Source of the DNA: Lepidodermella squamata
Lineage: Eukaryota; Animalia; Gastrotricha
Reading direction: 5' to 3'
Length of the DNA: 64,000 nt
Assembly (NCBI GenBank): GCA_047495785.1
Contig: JBLDXI010000017.1
Location: 2,170,001-2,234,000 of the forward strand
In this document: positions 41,731 through 53,558 of the stretch, piece by piece
Position numbering within the stretch: position 1 is the first letter of the stretch
Layout of the letters: the number at the start of each line of letters is the position of its first letter
The notes under the pieces: generated by a model
Databases searched by the model: none
What the model was told of the DNA's origin: nothing
What the model saw: the letters and a program-made list of their open reading frames with translations, nothing else
Made by a program: the position numbers and the translations under genes

Positions 41731-42734
41731 ATGAGACTGCCGGTTCTTTTCATATCTCATGGCGGACCGCCGATTTTACTAAAGCATGACGACGATGTCT
41801 ACAAGTTTTGGCAGCAATTAGGAAAACGACTCACCTCTGATTATATCAAGAACGGTCATGTCAAATCGATCTTGATCATTTCGGGACACTGGGAAGAATC
41901 GCCAATCGTGAAAGGTTAGTAGAAAATCACATATAATCATAAAATACAATCAAATATATTATTCTCAATTCCAGTTAATTCATTAAAGAAACCGGAGATT
42001 ATTTACGGTTAGAATTTTTCGTCTTTTTAGAGCTGTTTTGATTGAATTATCTTTTTTCACATAAAAATAACAGACTTCTACGGCTTCGAGGACGATTTAT
42101 ACCAACAAAAATACGACTGTAAAGGCGACCCGGCCTTGGCTAACCGGGTAAAATCACTGCTTGCGAATTCTTCGATCAAGTGCGGAATAGATGAATCTCG
42201 GGTATGACAAGGGAAGGTACCACTATTTGCTTTAATTCTGAATTTTTCAGGGCTTGGATCACGGGGTATGGATTCCTCTCAAAATCATGTAAGCGATTTA
42301 TTTTCTGCTTAAAGGTGAATCTAAGCTTTGAATATATAAGGCTCCCCTCAGCTCCGGTTCCAATCGTTCAGCTATCAATGCACGCCCATATGGATCCAAC
42401 ATTTCACGTTAAACTCGGTGAAGCTCTAGCCCCGCTTCGCGACGAAGGTGTTTTGATCATCGGCAGCGGTGGATCGGTGCACAATTTTCGCGGAAACTTG
42501 CCTTTGAAGTTGCAAGAAGACTTCGAAGCTCTACTCAACGACGCTATGACAGGCCATGTTGGGCAGGCACGAGAGGAGAAAATGTTGGACATTTTGAAAT
42601 CGCCGATGTTGCGAATAGCTCACCCGCGTCTTGACCACTTCATCCCAGCCTACGTTGCCGTCGGAGCTGCTGGATCTGGCCCTGGGAAAAGGCTGTTAGA
42701 CATCCTCTCCATGGCTATCTTCGAATTTTCTTGA
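41731..42734 (+). CDS. 4,5-DOPA-dioxygenase/LigB-family extradiol ring-cleavage dioxygenase, copy 1
   Basis: PVLFISHG, ISGHWE, IY|DFYGF, RGLDHGVWIPL, PIVQLS, LRDEGVLIIGSGGSVHN, AHPRLDHFIP; short GT-AG introns. Confidence 0.92.
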
Positions 42735-43466
42735 AAGTTCAAAAAAACGCAACGATTACGCAGTCATCTGAAAACATCTGAATGCTCGCAATGATATTTG
42801 ATTAAGTCTTGGTAGTCCTTAATAAAAGTTTTTTTGTTCAGTAATTCAGTGTACATTTTCTTCGCGGGGTTCGGAACAATTTGCAATAGCACAATTATTG
42901 AAAGTTCATAGTTCTAGTTCAAAAGCTAACAAATGATCGAATAACAATAAGGTTTTAGTTCGTGAAGTTTGACAAAAGGAACTCTATGCTGATGGACCTT
43001 TTGGGCCTCTGTTGTTTCTTAAATCAGTATTTTCCCATTTTCGACTATATTCTTCTGCAGTTTTTGATTGCCTCAAGGGCTTGAAATCCACCGTTTACAT
43101 CTGTCGGTCAGCTCTTTCAAAGATTCGATATTTAGTTATAATCCATGCTTCAAAAATTCAGAATATCAGAAAGCTCGCGAGTCATTTTCCATCCTTATGT
43201 CTTCAAGTTTTTTTAAATTTCGCGCCAATATCAAGTCGCGCACGGATCACGGATTATTGATTTTGTAAGCATTATTCATTGCGCATGCCGAAAAAACGGA
43301 CGAGCAAATTTTTGTATTTTTGACCCACTATATTAGCATTGAAGTATGACCGGCTTATGCGCCAGTTTTTCATTAACACGATTTTATTTACAAAAGCAAA
43401 TACCTGAATTCCTCAGGAGTAGACTCGATTCTCGAAATTCATACAAGTATTCAAGTTAGGTTTACT

Positions 43467-44462
43467 ATGAGATTGCCGGTTCTTTTCTTATCTCATTCCG
43501 GACCTTCAATGCTTCGACGGTATGATCACGAAACTTACAAGTTCTGGCAGCAGTTAGGAAAGCGGTTGACCTCTGATTTCATCACGAACGGCCATGTCAA
43601 AGCCATCTTAATCGTTTCGGGACATTGGGAAGAATCTCCTATTGTTAAAGGTCTGTCGCAATATAGTCCACTCTCACGACATGACTTTTTTCTCGAAAAT
43701 GTGCAGTCAACTCAGCAAAGAAACCTGCGATTATTTACGGTAAAAGCCGTCTTTTTTGCTTTTTTTATAATGAAAGTATTTTACAGACTTCTATGGCTTC
43801 GATGACGATTTGTATCAGGAAAAATACGATAGCAAAGGGGATCCAGCTCTGGCCAACCGGGTGAAATCTCTCCTTGAAAATTCTTCGATCAAATGCGGTC
43901 TGGATGAATCTCGTGTAAACCATCAGCAACCATCAGCAAAGTTTAGATATTTGAAAATTCTGTTTTTCTAGGGCTTGGATCATGGAGTATGGATTCCACT
44001 CAAAGTCATGTGAGTGATTTTCTCCAAGTTTTGCTGTTACCTTTTCCTTTGTATTGAAGGCTACCCTCAGCTCCGGTTCCAATCGTTCAGCTATCAATGA
44101 ACGCTCATCTGGATGCGAAATTTCACGTCAAACTCGGCGAAGCTCTAGCCCCGCTACGCGACGAAGGTGTTTTGATCATCGGCAGCGGTGGATCGGTACA
44201 CAATTTAGGGAACATCTACGAGTGCATGTCATCACAGTGGTCAGCAGATTTTGAAGCGCTACTCAACGAGGCAATGACAGGCCATGTTGGAAAGGCGCGA
44301 GAGGAGAAAATGATTGCAATTTTGAAATCGCCGATGATTCGGAAAGCTCACCCTCGCCTGGACCATTTCATACCAGCCTATGTCGCGATAGGTGCTGCAG
44401 GGTCGGATGCTGGGAAAAGATTGAGTGATTGCCAATCTATGACAACGTTCGAATTTTCCTGA
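43467..44462 (+). CDS. 4,5-DOPA-dioxygenase/LigB-family dioxygenase, copy 2 (tandem duplicate)
   Basis: Same motifs (LSHSG, VSGHWE, GLDHGVW, GSGGSVHNL, AHPRLDHFIP) and same intron positions as copy 1. Confidence 0.92.
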
Positions 44463-44538
44463 ACCCTATTACCCATTCTCGCAACTCTGATTCTCATTAA
44501 ATTTAACTAATATGAACCTATTAATATTTACTTCAAAA

Positions 44539-46065
44539 CTATCGTCGCTGGCTTCTCAATAAAAAATTTCTTAACGGCGAGGAAGTTGGTACCGTTGACG
44601 CTTCGTTGATTTCATAAACATCGTCGTCATCACACGGCTCTACTACAACAGGTTTTTCATCAGTTGTTTTCGGCAAAGAATTCATTCTGAACGCCTCTCC
44701 GCCCTTGTCTGTTGCTTCGGTCTCCTCGTCCAAATGTTCGTAATTGATGTCCTCATCCGTTCCACAGGCTGCATGTAGCAACTTGACAAGAAGACTCAGC
44801 AAACATACCGCGATGGTTACTACATTTTTCTGCAGTACGAGATATGTCAGGGTATTCGAATCCAATACATCATTGCTGATCATCCAAATGCGAAGGCCGC
44901 AAAACGGAATTTCGTGGCCGATGAGCTTGTACAGCAGCAGCAGGGGCGTTTGCTTCATTTGCCGGTTGAAACACAGCTGGCAAACGGATGTGGTGAAAAA
45001 TACCAGAATTAAGCTGGTTAATTGCGGATAGGCGCCAACTCGAACGTATTCTAAATTGCTGAGAAGAAGCGCGATATCGGCAATATTTGCGAATTCGCGG
45101 TAAAATGACGTTTCGTCCTTTCTCAAATCAGTATGAACCTGAGAGCCATTTCCTTCAGACTGGCGCTTTCTTTTCACCATAATTTCCTCAGCTATTTCGG
45201 CTGCATCTAATAAAAGGCGAAATAATTTTAAGGTGGACAGAAGAAACACAATTTTCCCAAACCTCTTGATCGGTAATAATGATCGGCAATTACAAGCAAA
45301 ACAGCTAATAACAGCAAGTGATACTCTCTAATAATGCTCCATTCAAAGTCGAACAAATTCTGAAAAAAATCATATAATTAAGCGGAATTAATCGGTATTA
45401 AGTTGGAGACCTTAGGGACAAAGGTTCCCTTTCTTTTGAAAAACAATTCAGGCATAGATTTGTATGAGTCAGCCTCAGGATAGACATGTTTCACGGCACA
45501 GTGCTTCAACAAATTGTATCGACTTTCGATGTAAAGCGCGAGGGGTAAATTTGTTAGGAAAAAGAATGGCATCTGGATGTTAACCACGCTTCTAATCGCA
45601 TCGCAGACACTTTTTATCGCAGGATTCGATTTTTGCTCAACAAGTTCCAATAACAGAGGAAGGAACATGCAAAGCACCAGCCTAAAAATGTATTCCTATT
45701 TCAAAATTTCTGAAATTTGTCGAATTATGAACCTACCCGAAAAGAGCTAGCCACATTAGGAAAGTTGTAGTACCTTGACTGTAATTTTTGGCGAATTCGT
45801 TCTGGCAGTAGCAGAGTCCAGTTGTCACCAATCCTTTCCTTTGATTTTCCGCCGAGCATTTGTCTGATGAATCGATGATCGCATCGAAAGAGTGCGACTC
45901 AGATATCGAGCTGATGACATTCAAGATCACATAGAAGAGGTATAAAAGCTATCGAAAATTTTTGTAAAATAAGGGTGGATTTTGATTTTTCTTTTCTGAA
46001 CTTACGAAGTTAATAAACTTTGCCGTCCGGCGGATAACTGTATTTGTTGGATGTTTGCAACCCAT
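44539..46065 (-). CDS. Multi-pass membrane protein of unknown family (multi-exon)
   Basis: MGCKHPTNTVIRRTAKFINF|LLYLFYVILN... with several hydrophobic segments, Cys-containing loops and an acidic C-terminal tail; GT-AG introns link the ORF-track fragments. Confidence 0.6.
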
Positions 46066-46265
46066 CGCCTTGCTAACCTAAAACTCAGATTACTGACTGA
46101 GCCACTCATAGTAACTGAGTTTTTTTTATCAAATTTTTTATCAAAAAATGGGCGGAAATTGTGTTGCTTCATTGCGATAAAAATTATTAAGATATCCCAA
46201 AACGATAACAGTAATTTATGTACCTTCAACAAATGATTACAGCCCTTCTTTATTTCCGGATTGAT

Positions 46266-47917
46266 TCACAAAAAACTAGAGTTTAGCTGATTACTGAATA
46301 AGTAAAGCGTCAATTCATTGATAATCATTCCCAACATGTTTGATATATTAAGGCGGCTGGCGGAACTTGTAGTAATATGCGGCTTTGCCGTAGTCGAGCC
46401 TGCGATTTCATGAGCGAAGATGTCCGATGCATTTTCTAGCGTGGCATTAGTCTTCATAGGTTCCATTCCGATCACATGGGCCATTATGGCGTAAATGTCC
46501 TTTGTCCTGAATGATTTCTTAGCTCGATAGCCGTTTTTCTTGAAGGCAGGGCCTCTCGCCAGGAAAATCGGTTTCAATTCAGGAACAATCGGGTCCCAAC
46601 CATGGGCACCTATTGTCAACCAGGTTGGAGGTTCCTGATAAAATAAAAATATTTAAATAAATTTAGAATAAATTTAAATAAATGTTTAAAAATTTCGATA
46701 AACTTACAGCTGTCATGTAGACCCCGAAATCGCATATAATTACGACATCCATTATTCGATCATTATTCGAGTAGTAAAGGCTGGGTGGCATTTCAGATTT
46801 TCGATAAGCAGTGAATGGGGCTCCCTTCGACGCTTCCTCAGTCAGAATCTTCATTACTTCATCGATTTTACCCGGCTTTGGTTGAATATTGGTCACTGCC
46901 CCAGAGGATGGAACCTTTATAAGAAGCTATTATAGGATGCATTTCTCTTGAAACTACAACAACTCACCCTTTCAATGAGATCAGTCACGTTCAGAATTTC
47001 GCTAAGAACCAATCGCTTCGTCACATTATTCATGCCATGATCGGCGCATAAAATAACGTTCAGCTTATCATGCCCGAGTCCGACTTCATCAAGCCGAGCC
47101 ACGAGATAGGACAGGTACCAGTCCAGTTTCCCGAGCTTATTGTCAATCGTCGGGCCAATTCCAAACGCGTGCCCATCATCGTCAGGACTGTTGTGGTACA
47201 TCATGGCGAGATCGACGTTATCCTCAGCCAAATGCTTGACCATTTTGTCGATCCGCGACTCGAACGTTATCCGCTTGTCGTACAGTTCCAGGTAGGTTGG
47301 GGTCCAGTTGCCGGGAAAGGTAACGGCTGAGCCGGCCCAGAATGAGACAGCTGTTCGGAAGCCTTGTTTAGTCGCCGTTATCCAGATTGGTTCGGCTTGA
47401 TCCCACCAGAAATGGTCAACTAACTTTTGCGAAAATGTCGCGTTCAGTTTAGGATCGTAGAATGTATTCGAAACGATTCCGTGACTTTCGGCGAACATTC
47501 CAGTCGCGATTGCATAGTGATTAGGAAATGTCTCACCTATATTAGGTAAAATTTTAAAATGTTTACATTTTCTTTACAATTATATATTATTTAAATTTAA
47601 ATTAAAATATTTTTTCATTTTTCTGAAATTATAAAATAAAATTTTAAAACGTTTAAAATTTAGGTTTAAAATTTTAAAATTTTAAAAAATTTTCTTAAAA
47701 AATGAATCATACTGGGGAAAATGCTTTGAACTTGATCGGCGTAGACACCCTGTGATCTGAACTTGGTGAACCATGGCATGAATCGATTGTCGTCCAGGTA
47801 CAGTTGCCGGAAGCCATCGAAAGAAATAACTAGCAGTTTCTGGTTCAATCCGGCAGCTTTTGACCGTCCGACGAGGCAAAGACCCAATGTCAGAAATATC
47901 AGAAAAAACGAGTTCAT
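46266..47917 (-). CDS. Ectonucleotide pyrophosphatase/phosphodiesterase (ENPP4-7-like), copy 1
   Basis: Signal peptide, LLVISFDGFR, FPS|ETFPNHY (catalytic Thr), AESHGIV, AEPIW, PDDDGH, CADHGM, GAHGWD, PIFLARGPAFK. Confidence 0.93.
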
Positions 47918-48412
47918 TATTGTTTAAACCCGAAAAAAATTAATGTAGTCGGGAGGCACAATCAAAACAGGATACCCCCGTGTATATATCAGGTGATGTA
48001 ACAAAAAGATCCTTTATCAGCACTACATACGCACTTTTCGTAGTTATTGATACTGAGTCCTAATTCAGGGCAAAAATGTATATTGCTTGTTTACTCATAA
48101 AACGGAACATCACGTCTGATCTAGGTATACCTATAGGGAACAACTACGAAGTAATGGTAATTTAATAGGATAAAAAGAGCGATTTTTGGGGGAAAATACC
48201 CTAATAAACCGCTCCGAAGCTAAGTTAATGACCATTTACGACTCCAAATTCGGTAAGGATAGGCTGATCTTAGGCTCCTCAACCTTGAATGCTGCTTAGA
48301 AGTACGAACCGTTTAACGCAACAATGCTCAAATAAGAACGTAATAATATCATTCTGCTATAGAAAGTCGGAACGCTAAATCCTTGGATCGATTTATTATT
48401 GCGCATATCATT

Positions 48413-49889
48413 TTAGAAATTACGCATAAGCAAAAGCGTAATAAAAATTTGCGAAGCTCCAACAATTCCGAACACACGCTGGCCCGAGTTGGTAGTAGTG
48501 ACCACCCCAGGTGTTGTCATTACCGGATCAACGGGGGCGAAAATATCCATGGCATTGTCCAGGGTTGCATTAGTCGCAGGAGGTTCCATTCCTATAACAT
48601 AGGACATAATGGCGTAAATATCCTTAGTGCGAAACGATTTTTCAGCCCGGTATCCGCCTTTTTTGAACGCTGGCCCTCTCGCCAGGAAAATTGGAGTTAG
48701 TTCAGGGACTGAAACAGGATCCCACCCGTGAGCTCCAATGGTTTGTTTATGAGGAAGTTTCTGGGCGAGAAATTTCTGAAATGTCGTAATTTTTCGAAAA
48801 TTTAAAATCATACCGGTGCCATGTAGGCCCCTAGATTGCAGATAACCAAAACATCCATAATTCGATCATTCTTCGAATAATGGAAACTTTCAGGTAGTTC
48901 GGTTTTACGATATACCGTAAAAGGTGCTCCTAGCGCGGCCTCTTCAGCCAAAGCTGACACAACTACGTCAATTTTGCCGGGTTTAGGCTGGACGTTCAAA
49001 ATTGCTCCTGATGATGGAACCTGTTTGAAGAATTGTAAAAAGCTGAAATATCAGAAATAAGCGCTTACCCTTTCGATATTTTCATCGAAATTTATGTAAT
49101 CGTCAAGGACAAGTCGCTGCGTGACGTTAACCATGCCGTGATCAGCGCATAAAATCACGTTGAATTTATCCGCGCCAAGGCCTACTTCATCAAGCCTAGC
49201 CATCAAATAGGACAGGTACCAGTCCAATCTCTGAAGCATATCCGCCATCTTATCGGAAGTTATTCCATAATTATGGCCGTCATCGTCCGGCTGGAAGTGG
49301 TAAATCATAGCCAGATCGACGTCGTCCTCTACGAGGTGTTTGATCGCGCTATCTAGCCGCTTTTCAAAGGGAATGCTCGTATCGAAAGGTTCGACGTAAT
49401 TCGGCGTTAATCCCCCCGGAAAGGTGACTGCGGAACCGGCCCATGACGCGACAAATGTTTTCTTACCCTGTTTCCGAGCTGTTATCCAAATCGGTTCAGC
49501 CTGGTCCCACCATTTCGGGTCTGTGGCGGTTTGCTTGAAACTGTCGTTGAAATTCGGGTCGTAAAACGTGTTCGCGATAATGCCATGACTTTCTGCAAAC
49601 ATGCCAGTCGCGATGGCGTAGTGATTCGGGAAAGTTTCACCTACAAATCAAATTTTAAATTAATAATTCTTTTAAATTAATTATAATATTATTTACTCGG
49701 GAAAATGCTAAGGACTTGGTCAGAATAGACACCCTGAGATCTGAACTTGGCGAACCATGGCATGAATCTATTGTCGCTGAAGTACATTTGCCGGAAGCCA
49801 TCGAACGAAATGACAAGTAATTTCTGGTTCAAACCAGCGTTGATACCAGCAACCGTAACCAGAACTAATGCGAACACTTTCAGGTCCAT
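48413..49889 (-). CDS. Ectonucleotide pyrophosphatase/phosphodiesterase (ENPP4-7-like), copy 2, GPI/TM-tailed
   Basis: Same motifs and intron positions as copy 1; Thr-rich stalk and hydrophobic C-terminus. Confidence 0.93.
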
Positions 49890-50948
49890 TTTTCGCTGAG
49901 ATAAAAACCGAGGATTGTGCTGAATTTCTAGCTCGGATCTTTCAGTTTTGAATCCTTTTATCTCAGAAATGGTCTTATCTGCTTCTGCCCACGTAGTCTA
50001 TTATGATTGTTACTGACTGAAAACTAGGTATTTGTAGATGAAAGAATTTTAGAAAAGAATCATTGAATTAAATTGGGAGAAGGTTTTTGAAATGATCATT
50101 GAAGGGACAAGTTAAGAAATGCCAAATTTCAGACGCTTAATGCCCATGAAAATTTAGTGGTTAATAAGATTTATTATTTATAACAGGCTAAGATCTACTG
50201 CGTTATCTATCTGGATCCCTCATGCGTCTTTCAAACGATTTTAAATGAAGTTCAACGAGAATCAGAAACTTCAATTTTGGGCAGTGGACTCGCTTGGACT
50301 TACAATAAGCTTACAAGCCTACTTCTTAGATAGCTGAATGGCTACTAGTCAGAGTTTTCCCCTAGGCAGTGATGGTTTGGAGGTTCCTAGCTATAAGGTT
50401 GAACCTTTACTGTCTGTCAACCGAATGACCGTTTAAAAGGTAAAATTCCGAAGTCTGGGTCCTAATTTTCGACAAAAAGGTATCTTCGCTCTTTCGATTT
50501 TGAAGCCTTTCTTTCGGGCCCGAACCAAGTTATAACCGATGTGAGGTATCTCAATTAAAATTCAAAAAGGCATGCCAAATACAACAATAGGCCGATGTAA
50601 CATGTAACGTAACGTAAAGGCGGAAACGAGTGGATTTCTTAGAAAAAATGTGACTTCCAAACATAAAATTTCATATTTTGTTCAAAAATTCTGCCACCAA
50701 TAATATAAGTATGCAATTTTCCTCGAGTTTCTGCCTTCCACTACCAACTCCAACTACGAACTGTACTTCAAGTACATGTAAACAGGCTGCAGGCCTCCAA
50801 CAGGCTCCCAAACGCAAACAACGACAGCGAAATTTACGTATTATACATTATTGAAAGTTGAAACTAATATAGATATAAATTTATTCTTTTCGATCCAATT
50901 TTTCACAACTTGTCGCCTAACAACCAGGCAACCTTATTGGTCAAGTAG

Positions 50949-51558
50949 CTAAATCATCCTTGAGGCAAGTAGCGCCAGGGTGACTGCAGCAATGCCGATG
51001 AAAATGAGCAGGCTGACCAGGTAAAACACACAGTGCAACAAATGCTGCCGCCGGCTTACCGGGTCTATTGCACCAGCCGACGAAGACAACGATGAGTCGA
51101 GCGAATTTCGATACCGGCGATAATGCTGATGGCGGCTGAGATCGGGCCTTGAAAATGGCGCGGATATTGAAACGGGTTGTGATGAGTCGATTACTATGTG
51201 GTAATGTCTCGACCACTGGTTAGTATTATTTGCCATTGGCCTTATTACTCGATTAAGGGCTGGCGTAGGAGCAGCATTCATCACGTGATCGTAGCTTTCA
51301 ATAGCCAAATTCGAAATACTGCTGTCATTTCTGTAAGAAAATACAATAAATTATGAAGAAATCGAGCAATCAACAGCTCACGAAATGAGTAGGGTAGAAT
51401 CCGAGCAAAATACCCCGGTTGCAGCCATGACTTCTTCGTAAGTCGGCGGACTAAGCCTGGGATCAGATACGTCTCATGATAATTAGAAAAAATCGCATTA
51501 CATACTCGGGTTCCGAACTGGCCTCGAGCGCATTGTACGCCGTAGATGGATGCAGCAT
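50949..51558 (-). CDS. Small tail-anchored membrane protein with a PPxY motif (3 exons)
   Basis: MLHPSTAYNALEASSEP(E)|LSPPTYEEVM...LI(S)|NDSSISNLAIESYDHVM...C-terminal TM (VFYLVSLLIFIGIAAVTLALL); junctions in frame. Confidence 0.65.
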
Positions 51559-52206
51559 TTTTATGGGTTAGAAAGACCTTTCGATTTCCATTATTTTTTC
51601 AACGATATATCCTACTTTTTGCTTGCGGCTTTGTCCCTATTGCGAAATAGAGCCTAACTAACATTCGCCGGACGATTTCATTCTGAAACGTAGTCGTAAT
51701 GATAACACGGTGTATGCCTAGAAATTTCGTGAAAGCAACAAAGCACTTGGGTGTAAGGAGATAACAAAAAATTACGGCCGACCTCTACTTATATATGGTA
51801 TTAAATAGCAAGAGGTGCCAGGATAGTGATGATAATTTTCCGGTGTATAATGATTAGCATACTCGTGCGGCTGTCATGCACTCAGCTCTAGTAAAAGTGT
51901 TTTTTTGTGGAAACGATATATAATATATAGTGAAAACCGCATTTAAATCCATTGAATATGCGTCACCAAAGCGGTCAAAATTTGATTTTTCAATTCAATA
52001 TTCGATCGTCTGATTTCGGGCATTATTTATCTGAATAAACAAAAAATATCAAAATATAGGTCAGTTTAACCCCTGACATTGATGGGAGGTCAAATCTCAG
52101 CTGCCAGGTGTTAAAAGCCGGCCCTCCCTCAATAAAATGGCTGATGTATAAACGAACATTGAATTCCTATTTAATGTAACATTCATTTAGTCGTTAGAGC
52201 TTCCCG

Positions 52207-53114
52207 CCCTAATTTCGGCCGCTTTTCAGGTTTTTCCTACTGTGCCAGCCAGGTGAATTTTTAGAAAATATTCGGCAGAAGCTACATAAAAGACGACTTC
52301 TTAGGGTATCGAATGCCGCTTTCCGCAAGTCCGGACGATTTTACCTTGATTTATGGCTAATTTTTTAGTCACCCAGACACCCGGCCGGAATTAGGGAGCG
52401 GGGTGCCCTCATCCAGGCCACCTCATCCAGGTAGACTAATGCCATACGTTTGGTATTGTTAGATTCGTCTCAAAAAGCTGGCTATAAAAACCGCCTTAGT
52501 TGCTTCACCTGTGAGCTTTTCCTTGACGACGTGATGCCTGAAACTCAAACTTGTTTTGACAGGTACAAGTTTGATAACTTGTTTTCTACCTAATAGCCTA
52601 ACTGCGGTTGACTTTCTAAAATTCTGGAAAAATATCTAAAAAATCCCTTGTCTCCTGTAGAACGAGAGTATCGATTTTGTTTTCCCGAATTCAATTCCCC
52701 TATTGACTGCTAATTTTTGGAATCGAACCCTCAAAAACCCTAAAATTGGCCCTCTGGATCTCTTCACCTGGGCGGTTTTAGATAGAATATTTTATACCAA
52801 AATGAAGCTGGCATTTAGCTGGAGCTTATTGAGGTGAAAGCAGTACATTTTAAAGAGCCAGTTTCAGGTAAATTATATCTGCAAAGTAGTGGTAACAGAG
52901 CACTCGAGAAGCGACATAAGCCCGCTTGCTCGCATTTAGAATTATTTTTTTGCGATCACGTGCTTGAGAAATCATGAAACAGATGGGCCCAACAATGCAA
53001 AGTTCTTGAATTGCGTGCAAATAAAACTGCTGCACAGCACTTCGTGTCCAAATTTCGGCCGGTGGCCGAAGTTAGGACGCAGCGGCCGAATTTAGGAAGT
53101 GGCCGAAATTAGGG
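52207..53114. mobile_element. Possible degraded non-autonomous DNA transposon
   Basis: ccctaatttcggcc (52207-52220) and its exact reverse complement ggccgaaattaggg (53101-53114), with further GGCCGAAnTTAGG copies near 52383, 53064 and 53084; no coding capacity. Confidence 0.35.
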
Positions 53115-53558
53115 CTCCCTCCTCTAATGATTTAGAATTTCGAAGACGCACTCCGGCAGTGACAATAATTAATGTGCTCAATTTATATAGGTCACGTGGC
53201 AATTTTATTACGTCACGATAGCGTGCTCTCAGGTTAAATCTATACCCGCCCCAATTTGACAGCCACTTATAATATTGCCTTGTCATTCATCTGGTAGGGG
53301 AAATTTTACCCGATTGACGCATTTCTCCTATAAAAAATTGAGATCTCCAATTGAGGGTTCAGCGCTGGCTTTTCACGTGGAAAAGCCTACTTAGGAATGA
53401 AAGGAACGCACAGATCAATGGCGAAAGAAGAACGTGAAGTTAAGCTTTGAAAAATAACAACGCAGACGCATTTTTTAAAGAAACAAAACACTGACTTTTC
53501 GGCCTATTCATGCACCCTTCTACCGCACGATAATTCGGGGTCATCTTCATTATACAAC

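Noticed and set aside
41731-44462. Bacterial or fungal contamination as the source of the DODA genes
   Set aside because: Both carry short GT-AG introns of the same size and style as flanking animal genes
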